This document shows, piece by piece, positions 9,484 through 18,489 of a DNA stretch of 32,000 nucleotides. The notes beneath the pieces were generated by a model, which had not been told where the DNA came from, searched no databases, and saw only the letters and a list, made by a program, of their open reading frames with translations. This DNA is from Okeania sp. (GTDB taxonomy: Bacteria; Cyanobacteriota; Cyanobacteriia; Cyanobacteriales; Microcoleaceae). Where the stretch lies: the NCBI RefSeq assembly GCF_035285525.1, contig NZ_JAYKGW010000028.1, forward strand, positions 1 through 32,000, in the 5' to 3' direction. Every line of letters begins with the position of its first letter. Within the stretch, counting starts at the first letter, position 1. The position numbers and the translations under genes were made by a program.

Positions 9484-9793
9484 ATTAGGGTTTACTGAAA
9501 AAGTCTTTTAGTAGCGGGGAGGATCCAGAATCCAGCCATCCAGCCATCCAGAAATCCAGGAGGAATGAGAGCTATAGAAGAGTAGGGAAGTTCCATGGAA
9601 CTTCCCTACAGAATAATCATCAGAGTGATTTTCTTCCCTATCTTGCCCAAAATCCTAGATTTTTGATTTTTCACCGATTTTTCGGGAACCGTACCGTATC
9701 GAAATTACCTAAAAGCTGATACTTTATTAGTACCAAAAAGGTTTAAAACCTTTACCTGTCAATGCTTTGATATTTAATCAGCAAACCCTGATT
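9484..9793. mobile_element. MITE-like element, family 2 (longest copy, carries a nested palindrome)
   Basis: The ends are attagggtttactgaaaaagtctttt and gatatttaatcagcaaaccctgat. The interior aligns with the inverted copy at 27719..27958. It also holds a perfect 28-bp palindrome, gtagggaagttccatggaacttccctac, at 9582..9609. Confidence 0.75.
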
Positions 9794-9856
9794 ATGGTTT
9801 TTCAAATGAGGAAATTTCCTTGGAACACCCGGTTTCTGGATAAGTTCTGACGAGGT

Positions 9857-11686
9857 TCAACCTATCATCTTGCTATTAGTTTCTTGCAATGAATGTAGTC
9901 GTTGATAAATACCCTTTTGGCCTAATAACTCTTCATGGCTACCGAGTTCCACAATTTTCCCTTGGTCAAGTACGACAATTTTATCGGCCTCTCGGACTGT
10001 ACTGAGTCTGTGGGCAATAATAATTGTGGTGCGAGTCCCAAAAATATTGTGCATTGCTAACTGAATAGAACGCTCACTTTCATAGTCTAAACTAGAAGTT
10101 GCTTCATCAAAAATTAGTACATCTGGATCTACTAATAAAGCTCTAGCTATTCCGATTCGTTGTCGTTGACCGCCGGATAATCGCACTCCTCTTTCTCCAA
10201 CAATTGTATAATAATTTTGAGGCATTTGTTGAATAAATTCATCGGCTTTAGCAATTTTACAAGCTTCTTTTACTTGCTCAAAATTTGCTTGAAGATTACC
10301 GTAAGTTAGGTTGCTTAATAAGGTACCATTGAATATATCTACTTCTTGATGAACAATTGCTAAACGACGTCGATAACCTGTAATATCCAGACTATTAATA
10401 TCTTCTCCATCTATTAAAATTCTGCCTTGGTCTGGTGAAAAATATCTGAATAATAATTTGACTAAAGTTGATTTTCCTGACCCAGATTTTCCGACTAAAG
10501 CAATAGTCTGACAAGGTGTAATTAAGAGGTTGATATTTTTTAAAACTGGTTTTTCTGGATTGTAACCAAATGTCAATTTTTCAAACTCTATTTTGCCTGT
10601 GAATTTATAGGAATTAATATTTGGCGATTTAGTAGTTACTTTTGTTAAATTAGCAGCATCATCACCTATTGGTAACTGCATAAATTCATGGAAACGAATC
10701 ATCGAAGCATAGCGACGGACAAATTCTTCAGTTAGTTGACTAATAGGAGTAATCTCTGCATAAGCCATACTTGCTAAAGTGTATATAGTCACAAAATATC
10801 CTAGAGAAATTTCACCAGATAATGTGGCAAATAATGTCAAACCAAGAATAAAAAATAGGCAAAATTCAACAATACTTGTCTGATACATTGATAGCCAAAC
10901 ATAGCTTTTATGAATTTTACCGATAATAATTTTTAGGGAACGGTTAATTCTAGTAGTTTGTCTTTCCAATTCTTGAGTTTCTGTGGCAAATGCTTTGACC
11001 GTTTTTATATTAGTAATAATTTCTGAGTTGCGACTTTCTGTGTTTTCGTCATATTTATCAAAAGCTATTTCTTTTTTGGCAATATTTTGCAGGGTTTTGA
11101 TAGTAAAAGTCAGGATAAAAATAAATGAACTAAGGAATAAAAGAGCAATTGGTGTTTCTATTAAAAATATGACAATAAAAATGCCGAATACTCGCACTAA
11201 TTTGGGGATCAAAATACCTGCAATTTCTGGGTAAGTCCAGGTGTGGTTTAAGACTCCTTTAGAAATACGATTGGCAATACGTCCTGGATTATTTTCGTCG
11301 TAAAATTCTAGAGGTAGGGTAAGAATTTTTTGGACGGCCTTTTGGGAATGGTCTCGACGTGCTTTGAGGGGGACAAACCAATGATACCAGTGGCCTAGCC
11401 AAGCTATACTTGGACCTTTGGTGATGGTGACTAAAAATATTAGTCCTAATGGCACTGATAAGGATAATTGTTGATTAGTGGGTAGTCCAGTTAAGTTGGA
11501 AATTGTCCCAATTAATTTTTCCATTGGCCAGTCTGTCGAACGTCCTGAGAGTACATTCAAAATTTGGCCGATGGCATAAGGAACTATGAGGTCTGTTAAT
11601 TCTAGGACGCTTGATGCTGTAATGGTGAAGATGGACAGTGGCAGATATGCCTGGTAATATTTAATGATGTCCCGGAAGGTGGCCAT
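9857..11686 (-). CDS. ABC exporter, fused permease and ATPase (MsbA/multidrug-type half transporter)
   Basis: The 609-aa product has an N-terminal six-helix TMD. The NBD has Walker A GKSGSGKST, the signature LSGGQRQR and Walker B VLIFDEATSSLD. Confidence 0.92.
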   Translation of the reverse strand: MATFRDIIKYYQAYLPLSIFTITASSVLELTDLIVPYAIGQILNVLSGRSTDWPMEKLIGTISNLTGLPTNQQLSLSVPLGLIFLVTITKGPSIAWLGHWYHWFVPLKARRDHSQKAVQKILTLPLEFYDENNPGRIANRISKGVLNHTWTYPEIAGILIPKLVRVFGIFIVIFLIETPIALLFLSSFIFILTFTIKTLQNIAKKEIAFDKYDENTESRNSEIITNIKTVKAFATETQELERQTTRINRSLKIIIGKIHKSYVWLSMYQTSIVEFCLFFILGLTLFATLSGEISLGYFVTIYTLASMAYAEITPISQLTEEFVRRYASMIRFHEFMQLPIGDDAANLTKVTTKSPNINSYKFTGKIEFEKLTFGYNPEKPVLKNINLLITPCQTIALVGKSGSGKSTLVKLLFRYFSPDQGRILIDGEDINSLDITGYRRRLAIVHQEVDIFNGTLLSNLTYGNLQANFEQVKEACKIAKADEFIQQMPQNYYTIVGERGVRLSGGQRQRIGIARALLVDPDVLIFDEATSSLDYESERSIQLAMHNIFGTRTTIIIAHRLSTVREADKIVVLDQGKIVELGSHEELLGQKGIYQRLHSLQETNSKMIG

Positions 11687-11858
11687 AATTCTATTTCATT
11701 TTTAGAACTACGGCTATTTATATTAATACAAAAATATTACTATTGTAGTGCAAAGGTGAAAATTTCCCGGTTTAGATTTTAGATGATAAAAGTAGATCGT
11801 TATAGTTGAGGAGTTGCGATCGCGAAAGTAACTTTATGCTGAGTTACAACTATAAATT

Positions 11859-11925
11859 AGGACTTACCCAAAGAAACCCGGTTTCTAGGAGAAACCGGGT
11901 TTCTGGGTTCACCTGTGTAAGTCCT
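11859..11925. mobile_element. MITE-like element, family 1, short subtype D
   Basis: It reads aggacttacccaaagaaacccggtttctaggagaaaccgggtttctgggttcacctgtgtaagtcct. It shares termini with family 1 and has an AAACCCGGTTTCT palindromic core, as does the copy at 18490. Confidence 0.6.
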
Positions 11926-12137
11926 GTATATAGAAATCTTAAATGATTTGTGGAAAAAAAACGATCATTTCAGTTATCAGTTATCAGTACCTCTTCTTAT
12001 CAAGAGATAATTATTAATTATTGAATAGTTTGTAGTAATTTTATATGCAAAGCTAATTAATCTTAAAACTAATTAGAGTTTGCGTTAATTAATCTAATAT
12101 TCACTTGAATACTAGCAATCGTTATTAGCGAAATAAA

Positions 12138-12275
12138 GCTAGAAGATTATTACTTTCTAGAAAAGCAAAAATTGCTGATTATTTTAACCAAGAATTGATT
12201 AAAGAATGGTTGAATTATCAAGGAGATGTTTGGGGGCGTTATGGTTGGAAATTATGGTTATTGGTTAGTTTATAA
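12138..12275 (+). pseudogene. Possible C-terminal fragment of an asparagine synthase (AsnB)-family amidotransferase
   Basis: This 45-codon orphan frame reads ARRLLLSRKAKIADYFNQELIKEWLNYQGDVWGRYGWKLWLLVSL*. It resembles the ...h.sG......LW.Ll.fe.W tail of AsnB-like enzymes. There is no upstream coding sequence. Confidence 0.25.
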
Positions 12276-12583
12276 ATCTGGTTAAAAGTTAATCAAAAAT
12301 AAATCAGCATTTAGCTATTAGCTCTTAGCTATCAACTATTAATTTTGGATCAAGTAAAAGCAATCCTTGAAATTGAGAAAGAATAAAAAGTTACTATAGA
12401 AGTTTCCTTCCTAAAGCTCAGAAGTAATGAATAATTACTAATAACTGTTTGCGCAGCATTCCGCAGTAAATGCTGACATAAAGTTTAACCGAAACTATCA
12501 TCATTCAAAACAATTATAGTTTTAGTGTCAACACCATAATCTAGTCTATATTTTTGCCAAGTTTATGATGATTATTCTTGATT

Positions 12584-13361
12584 TCATGGAGTTTTAATTG
12601 TTTGATTAATTCCTTGTTTAACTAATCTTAATAAAAACTTTAGACTAAAAGATTCTAATTCTAGATAATATCCATTTTCTAACCATTCAACTGCTAATGA
12701 TGATAAATATTGACGCACTTCAAAAAGTAATTCTCTCTTTTGAGAATCACTATCTTTTCTGATAAAAAGATTCTCCATGTTCATAGGTTGCTGATAGGAT
12801 AACCCTAAATCATAAATTTGTACTTGATGATTTAAAAACCAATTAGGTTGAGTTTTAAGGTTGTATACTAAGTTCATTCCTACATAACTATAATTATGTA
12901 AAGTATAAACTTTTAAATTAGAGTTTTGTTTAGCCATATCTAAAATTGTTGGAAAGGTGTTTTCAGGATAACCAGTAATACTAAGAATGGCGCAGTTATT
13001 TTCGAGGTGAAAATTATTGGCAATCATAAAATAAGCAATTTCATCTTTATTGACAGACAACTAAGCAGTCAAAACTATAATTATTTAACTCAAAATCAAG
13101 GATTAAATTTTGATTTGATGTCAGAGGCGGTAATAATTTTTCTGGTGTACCATTAACAGATTTCCATTGACATTGCCATTCTCTTAATTTAGATTCTTTA
13201 ACTAAAAATTCTTGAACCACTGGTTCCTTATTTAAAAGTCTAATTCCACCAAAAGAAATAGATATTATTCCTAATATAGTTGTGCAAACAAATGCCCAAA
13301 ATATATTTAGTAAAAATAATGCGATCGCTCCCTCCAAAGTTAAAATGATACTTCCAATCAA
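12584..13361 (-). pseudogene. Unknown membrane-anchored protein split into two overlapping ORFs by a frame change
   Basis: ORF 13361..13047 (two TM helices, ending ...NYSFDCLVVCQ*) and ORF 13060..12584 (xSVNKDEIAYFMIANNFHLENNCAILSITGYP...) overlap by 14 nt in different frames. A 1-nt shift at about 13050 would fuse them into one protein of about 260 aa. The downstream ORF begins at TTG. Confidence 0.5.
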
Positions 13362-13472
13362 AGTTAATTATAAACCACATTTATAAAGGGCTTTATTATC
13401 GTTTTTTTATCTATAATGTATAACGTATTCAGTAACAAGTTAGGAAGAATAAATCTATATTGTTCCGTTGAT

Positions 13473-14413
13473 TCAGTAATTAAAATAAAACCCAAATGAT
13501 CGATAATTATACCTATTATCAAAATCATAAAATAACCTAACAGAAACTACTTTCGTTAAAAGTTTGCCACATTCAGTACTCGTTGCTCTACCTGGTTCAA
13601 TAATTAGTTTAATTTTAGATTCTAATTTATTTTATCTAAAGCTGCCGTTAATTGTTCTCCAAATTTTTGCCAGTCAAAAGCAACTTTATTGTGTTGATAA
13701 GGATAACCAAAACCTCCACCAAAATCTAAATATTTCCAGTCTGGTAATTGTTTACCAATTTCTAATAATTGATTAATAACTTGAGTAAAAGCTTGAGTTG
13801 CATTAGTACCCGTTCCTCGATAAAAATGCAAACCTGTTAACTTTAAACCATATTGTTTAGTTAACTCAATTGCTAGAGGAAATTCTTGGGGATTAACTCC
13901 GATACGACTTTCTCCAGTTAATTCTGGTAAATTTAATCGTAAACCTAATGCAGGAGGAGTTATTTTTTCTGCTAATTCCTGATAAATTTGACAACATAAT
14001 TCTAGTTGAGAAATACTATCTAAATTCAAGGTTTTCAGACCCCAAATTAAAACTTGTCGCATTTATTCTTGATTTAGATTACTGCCACTATAAACAATCT
14101 GTTTAGGTTCAAATCCAGCTTTTAAACCTAAATAAATATCCCCAGGAGTATTAGCATGAATTCCCCAACCATAATCTTTAAATATTTTCAGTAAATTAAT
14201 ATTACCATTAGTCACTAAAGCAAACTTAAATTCTGCAAGAGAATAGCTTATAGATTGAGTAATTTTAGCAATTGTTTGAGCTAAAATATTTTTCTTATAA
14301 ACATACAAAGGAGAACCATAAAAACTGAGTAATTCTTGAGCTAAATCTAAGCTAAAAGGAGGATTTATTTTACTATGATTACTGGTGGTTTGATTGAGAA
14401 TTTGATTGTTCAT
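13473..14413 (-). pseudogene. PLP-dependent decarboxylase (Orn/DAP/Arg decarboxylase fold, LysA-like), multiply disrupted
   Basis: ORFs 14413..14063 and 14062..13622 share one frame and are separated only by TAA at 14063..14065 (...SGSNLNQE*MRQVLIWGLKTLNLDSISQL...). After ...LTAALDKIN* the reading continues in another frame as KLESKIKLIIEPGRATSTECGKLLTKVVSV, the EPGR motif region. It then degenerates and the C-terminal domain is unrecognisable. Confidence 0.75.
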
Positions 14414-14501
14414 AATTAATAAGACTTATCTAGATTTAATGAATTTATCCTAATAGAATTTCCTGCGGAAGGCTCGGCAAAAAAACACAGCATTTTCCGA
14501 A

Positions 14502-14689
14502 TTTATGAGGTACAAATATTAATGATAAATCTTTGTAGTGCCCACATTTTGCCAGCACGAGAAAAATTTCATTATTAATTATTCATTATTAATTATTTAT
14601 GAGGTACAAATATTAATGATAAATCTTTGTAGTGCCGACATTTTGCCAGCGCGAGAAAAATTTCATTATTAATTATTAATTATTAATTG
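14502..14689. repeat. Tandem direct duplication, 2 units of 94 bp
   Basis: The unit is tttatgaggtacaaatattaatgataaatctttgtagtgcc(c/g)acattttgccagc(a/g)cgagaaaaatttcattattaatt... It repeats with two visible substitutions in the core. Each unit contains a GTGCC.ACATTTTGCCAGC.C hairpin-like motif. Confidence 0.85.
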
Positions 14690-14696
14690 TTGAACT

Positions 14697-15119
14697 TTAT
14701 TCTACTTGAAAAGTCTGTTCTCTTAAGAGGCGATCGCCAGAAAAAATTTCAACTTTCCAAGTACCAGGAATTGAACTATTACCTATACGATAACGACAAC
14801 GACTATGCCAAATTTCTTTTTCTACAGTCCGAGTTTGATAACGATTTTGATGGATAATTTCTCCTTGAGGATTAATCCAATCACAACCTAAAGATAAAGG
14901 TTTACCAACCGGAGTATCTTTAAAAGTTACTCGAAAATGTAATCTTGGTGAACCGTCACGATTAATAATTTCTAAATTATGTTTATTGTCTTCTTCCAAA
15001 GTAATTCTACTATCAATAGCCATCATTTTAGCCAAAGCTTGTTGATACTTTTGCCAACTAAATACCGAATAGAAAATACCAGCAACTACCAAAACACTAA
15101 TAAAAGTAGAAACAAGCAT
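14697..15119 (-). CDS. Hypothetical membrane-anchored protein (140 aa)
   Basis: An N-terminal TM helix MLVSTFISVLVVAGIFYSVF is followed by a soluble domain. The ORF is intact. Confidence 0.65.
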   Translation of the reverse strand: MLVSTFISVLVVAGIFYSVFSWQKYQQALAKMMAIDSRITLEEDNKHNLEIINRDGSPRLHFRVTFKDTPVGKPLSLGCDWINPQGEIIHQNRYQTRTVEKEIWHSRCRYRIGNSSIPGTWKVEIFSGDRLLREQTFQVE

Positions 15120-15460
15120 AATTATTTTTCTTTATTATGGCTAATTTTTTCTGATTTTATACTGCTAAAATAGCCTCATCTAACAATTCAAAAGGCAAAT
15201 TTAATTCGGTGATAATTTAGATTAATTGTTGGCGGTAATCCTGGGAATTTTTGTAGGAAGATAATCTTTCAATCTCTGAAATAATTAACTTTAATTCTTC
15301 ATCATTTATCTGATTCATATAGCAGGGAATAGGGAACAATTAACTGGGAACAGTTTCAATAATATTTTCCTTGTCTAAGATTAATTAGGGCTTGCTGATT
15401 TACTTTGTACAAATTAACAATATTAAAGTTATGAAAAGCATTTTTCTTGTGCTACAAAGG

Positions 15461-15898
15461 TTATAAAACCTGATTCAATATTTTCTTGTGTTCTTCAACA
15501 ATATTGTCAGGAATATAATCAAAAAATTGAATTTTTTCTCCCTCTTCATTTTCTGAAGGAAGAGGAGAATTTGGAGTACATAAAAACACCAATCCCACCG
15601 ACCAACCAAAACCTCGTTGTTTAACTTCACTAGGATATTCCAAATATCCTAAAAACTCTTGTTTTGTAACCGAAATATTCAACTCTTCTTTAGCAATTCT
15701 CTGAATAGCATCTTCAGTATATTCTTGATAAAAAACTGTACCTCCAGGAATATGCCAAAGATTATTCCAAGAGGCATCTTTTCTGAGGGTTAAAACGACA
15801 CCCATTTCAGTTTTTACAACTACTTCTACAACCAGTCTAGGAACACGAGAATATAAATATTGAAATTCTTCTGGAGAAAAAGGTTTTTTGCGACTCAT
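15461..15898 (-). CDS. NUDIX hydrolase
   Basis: The Nudix box is GGTVFYQEYTEDAIQRIAKEELNI (GX5EX7REUXEEXGU). Length is 145 aa. Confidence 0.85.
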   Translation of the reverse strand: MSRKKPFSPEEFQYLYSRVPRLVVEVVVKTEMGVVLTLRKDASWNNLWHIPGGTVFYQEYTEDAIQRIAKEELNISVTKQEFLGYLEYPSEVKQRGFGWSVGLVFLCTPNSPLPSENEEGEKIQFFDYIPDNIVEEHKKILNQVL

Positions 15899-15935
15899 TT
15901 CAGTTATTAGTTATCAGTTATAAGTTATCAGTATT
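15899..15935. repeat. STRR heptamer block (TCAGTTA variants) abutting the NUDIX start codon
   Basis: The block ttcagttattagttatcagttataagttatcagtatt begins at the nucleotide next to the ATG at 15898. Confidence 0.85.
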
Positions 15936-16026
15936 AGGACTTACGCAAAGATATTATATATAGAGTTTTTTTAACTATTGCGCATGGGGTTTTAAGCACT
16001 ATATCTAGGGTCGCTGCGTAAGTCCT
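15936..16026 (+). mobile_element. MITE-like element, family 1 subtype A
   Basis: It reads aggacttacgcaaagatattatatatagagttt...gtcgctgcgtaagtcct. Confidence 0.75.
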
Positions 16027-16081
16027 GAATATCTCTGATTTCATCCAGAGGGTTGAAATACTGACAATAATTAATATTAAT

Positions 16082-16209
16082 CAGGACTTACGCAAAGCCA
16101 GGAAATTTTGTCGTTCCGCGACTCGGAGCGCCAGCGACAGCATTTGCGGAGCATTCCAGACCGAAAGCAATCTCAAATGCCTAAAACTTGTTGCTCATGG
16201 GTAAATCCT
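16082..16209 (+). mobile_element. MITE-like element, family 1 subtype B (GC-rich core)
   Basis: It reads aggacttacgcaaagccagg...gcgactcggagcgccagcgacagc...cattccagaccgaaagcaatctc...catgggtaaatcct. It is homologous to the inverted copy at 17934..18076. Confidence 0.7.
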
Positions 16210-16319
16210 GTTAATTTTATTTATCGGGAAATTACAAAATTAATTACAGCATTTTTCAGGTTAATGAACCACATACAGAAGATTCGAGGTAAATAAAGTA
16301 TAGATATTCAGAATTAATC

Positions 16320-16408
16320 AAGACTTACGCAAAGGTACTATCTATAGAGTTAAAAAACTATAGCGCCATAGTTTGAAGCGCTATATGTAGCGTCACTATG
16401 TAAGTCCT
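16320..16408 (+). mobile_element. MITE-like element, family 1 subtype A
   Basis: It reads aagacttacgcaaaggtactatctatagagttaaaaaactatagcgcc...gtcactatgtaagtcct. Confidence 0.75.
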
Positions 16409-16506
16409 ATTAATTAAATGTCTTTAGTGTAATTTTGCCCGCGAGCGGAATCCGCTATTAAAAAATAGAGTGGTTTGGAAATAAAAATTTAAAATGCTCA
16501 ATTACT

Positions 16507-16685
16507 AGGACTTACACGGGAGGCACTATATATAGAGTATGGCTCAGTTACGAGATACGCTTTTTCGTATAGGGAATGCTCCGCTTTCCATGTCGCGTAG
16601 CGTTTCGGCGCTTGAGCCGACATATAAAGGGGAGCTTTGCGGAACGCAAAACGCGCCCTACGGATAGCGTCCATGGGTAAGTCCT
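16507..16685 (+). mobile_element. MITE-like element, family 1 subtype C (179 bp, enlarged GC-rich core)
   Basis: It reads aggacttacacgggaggcactatatatagagta...gcgtccatgggtaagtcct. It shares the termini and the ACTATATATAGAGT box with subtype A. Confidence 0.65.
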
Positions 16686-16795
16686 ATATATAAAGCTTTC
16701 AAGATTTTAGGTTAAAAAAACACTATAAACCTTTATTTGTCAGGGTTTTAGCCATTTTCTTAGGCTTAATTCCCAACAACTATAATGATAATCTT

Positions 16796-16823
16796 GTAGA
16801 GACGTTGCATGCAACGTCCCTAC
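16796..16823. repeat. Palindromic hairpin repeat of the GTAG(A/G)GACGTT...AACGTCCCTAC family
   Basis: It reads gtagagacgttgcatgcaacgtccctac. Related copies are at 9582..9609, 18384..18412, 18441..18467 and 28990..29046. Confidence 0.8.
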
Positions 16824-16943
16824 TTTGGTCTACCCAAATCAAAACCGCTGTAAGGTTTGGTGAATAAGTGAAAACAGCCTTAGAGAGGGGGAAGTTTTGA
16901 ATTGACTGTTTGGAAGTTTCTTGGTTCCCAAACTTCCCAGACT

Positions 16944-17825
16944 CTAATTAGCAGGTGTCAAAATAATCTCTGTGCGCTGGTTGACATCAGCAGTGGGATC
17001 GCTACCAGGGACTGGTTGAGAATAACCCTTTCCTTCGCCAACAACCTGATATGGTATATTCTGTTCTCTTAAATATTTAACCACAGCATTTGCTCGGTCT
17101 TGAGAAATTTCGTTATTTATCTGAGGATCACCAACTTTTGATGTATGACCTTCAACTCTAATAGCAACTTGATTAGGATCGTATTCCTTGATTTCTGAGA
17201 TGAAGTTCTTTATAGTTTGTTCTGCTGCAGGAGATAAGTCAACTTCGTTGATACCAAATTTGATTTGACCTAAAGTTTTGGCTGTAGTCAAATCTTTTTC
17301 TTGTGACTCAGATGTTGTCGTTGTATCTGTTCTAGCAACAGGAGTCTCAGGTTCTAGAGTTTCAGTATTAGTTTCAGTATTAGTTCCTGCATCCACTGTT
17401 TCCCCAGTTGCTAGTTCTGTGGTAGTTCCTGCATCCACTGTTTCCCCAGTTGCTGGTTCTGTAGCAGTTGTTGTATCTGTTGTTTCCCCAGTTGCTGGTT
17501 CTGTGGTAGTTGTTGTATCCGTTGTTTCCCCAGTTGCTGGTTCTGTAGTAGTTGCAGTTATCTCAGTATCTTCTGTTTCTATAATTGTAGTTGAAGATTC
17601 TGGGTCAGTGGTAATTGTAGTTGTCTCAGTATCTATTGTTTCTGTTATAATGTCCTCTGCTTGAGAATCTGCATTTTCACTTAATTGAACTTCAATAGTA
17701 GGACGTTTAAAAGCATTAGGACTAGCAAAAGCCCAAGCACAAATTACCATAAAGCCCGTCAAACCTGCTAAGATGGCAGGACTTACAATACCTTGGTCAT
17801 TTACTTCTTCTTGTTCTGTACTCAT
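16944..17825 (-). CDS. OmpA-domain (peptidoglycan-binding) protein with an N-terminal TM anchor and a Thr/Glu-rich repeat linker
   Basis: The C-terminus ...VAIRVEGHTSKVGDPQINNEISQDRANAVVKYLREQNIPYQVVGEGKGYSQPV...NQRTEIIL is an OmpA_C-like domain. The linker contains TEPATGETTDTTTT repeats. Confidence 0.85.
   Translation of the reverse strand: MSTEQEEVNDQGIVSPAILAGLTGFMVICAWAFASPNAFKRPTIEVQLSENADSQAEDIITETIDTETTTITTDPESSTTIIETEDTEITATTTEPATGETTDTTTTTEPATGETTDTTTATEPATGETVDAGTTTELATGETVDAGTNTETNTETLEPETPVARTDTTTTSESQEKDLTTAKTLGQIKFGINEVDLSPAAEQTIKNFISEIKEYDPNQVAIRVEGHTSKVGDPQINNEISQDRANAVVKYLREQNIPYQVVGEGKGYSQPVPGSDPTADVNQRTEIILTPAN
17383..17550. repeat. In-frame 42-bp tandem repeat, 4 units, inside the OmpA-domain gene
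   Basis: The units span 17383..17424, 17425..17466, 17467..17508 and 17509..17550. Each encodes 14 aa (TEPATGET(T/V)D...). Confidence 0.85.
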
Positions 17826-17933
17826 ATCAATATAGCTCCAAATTTTAGATATTATAATACCAATTCACTTTAAAGATGTTACCAATAGTTTCAGAGCTTA
17901 AATGTCTAATAATTGCCTGAAAATATCGTCTTC

Positions 17934-18076
17934 AGGACTTACGCATTGAGAACGAGTATTAGGTATCTGAGATTGCTTTCGGTCCGGAATGCTGCACAAA
18001 CCAAAACGCTGTCGCTTGCGCTTCGCAAAGCTGCGAGTCGCGCAATGACAGAAACACGTTATTTTGCGTAAGTCCT
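17934..18076 (-). mobile_element. MITE-like element, family 1 subtype B, inverted relative to 16082..16209
   Basis: Its reverse complement aligns with copy 16082 across gcgactcgcagc...agcgacagc...cattccggaccgaaagcaatctc. Both family-1 termini are intact. Confidence 0.7.
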
Positions 18077-18489
18077 AGTCTTGTCAAAGTTTTGAGTAGA
18101 TAAAATCTGACTTCTAACTTCTGACTTTTGTGAAAGGGTATAACTTTTATTGAAGAGTATATCCTAAATAACTTTAAAATTAAGGATTTTTTTGGGCAGT
18201 TCAATAACAAATGTGCAAATTAAATTTTCTAGCTCAGGAAATAGAAGAGAAGATTAGTAATTTTGTATAGTACAACACTTATCCAGGAACACTCATAAAT
18301 TTGTAATTAATTTTGTTCCCCTACTTAATAAGACTTTAATTTTAAATTTTATCGATGAACCACATCGTCACAACCAAAATTTTGTAGGGACGTTGCATAA
18401 GGGCGTCCCTACAGTTGTCTACTCGAATAATAGTTATAGTTAGAGACGTTCCACAGGAACACCTCTAGAAAATTTTGATTAGTATTAAC

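Noticed and set aside
9117-9793. The tRNA-Thr / tRNA-Tyr pair as an attachment site of an integrated island
   Set aside because: No integrase, no direct repeat of a tRNA 3' end, and no foreign gene block follow the pair. The adjacent sequence is just a family-2 MITE.
10983-11234. Track ORF 10983..11234(+)
   Set aside because: It is antisense within the ABC exporter TMD, which is unambiguously coding on the minus strand.
13564-13776. Track ORF 13564..13776(+)
   Set aside because: It overlaps the decarboxylase pseudogene on the opposite strand and has no supporting features.
16108-16296. Track ORF 16108..16296(+), and likewise 17959..18210(-)
   Set aside because: Both are read through the GC-rich cores of subtype-B MITE-like elements. 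The two translations derive from the same repeat, not from genes.
17278-17664. Track ORF 17278..17664(+), a Val/Ser-rich 128 aa
   Set aside because: It is the antisense reading of the 42-bp tandem repeat in the OmpA-domain gene. The sense frame ends in a clear OmpA_C domain.
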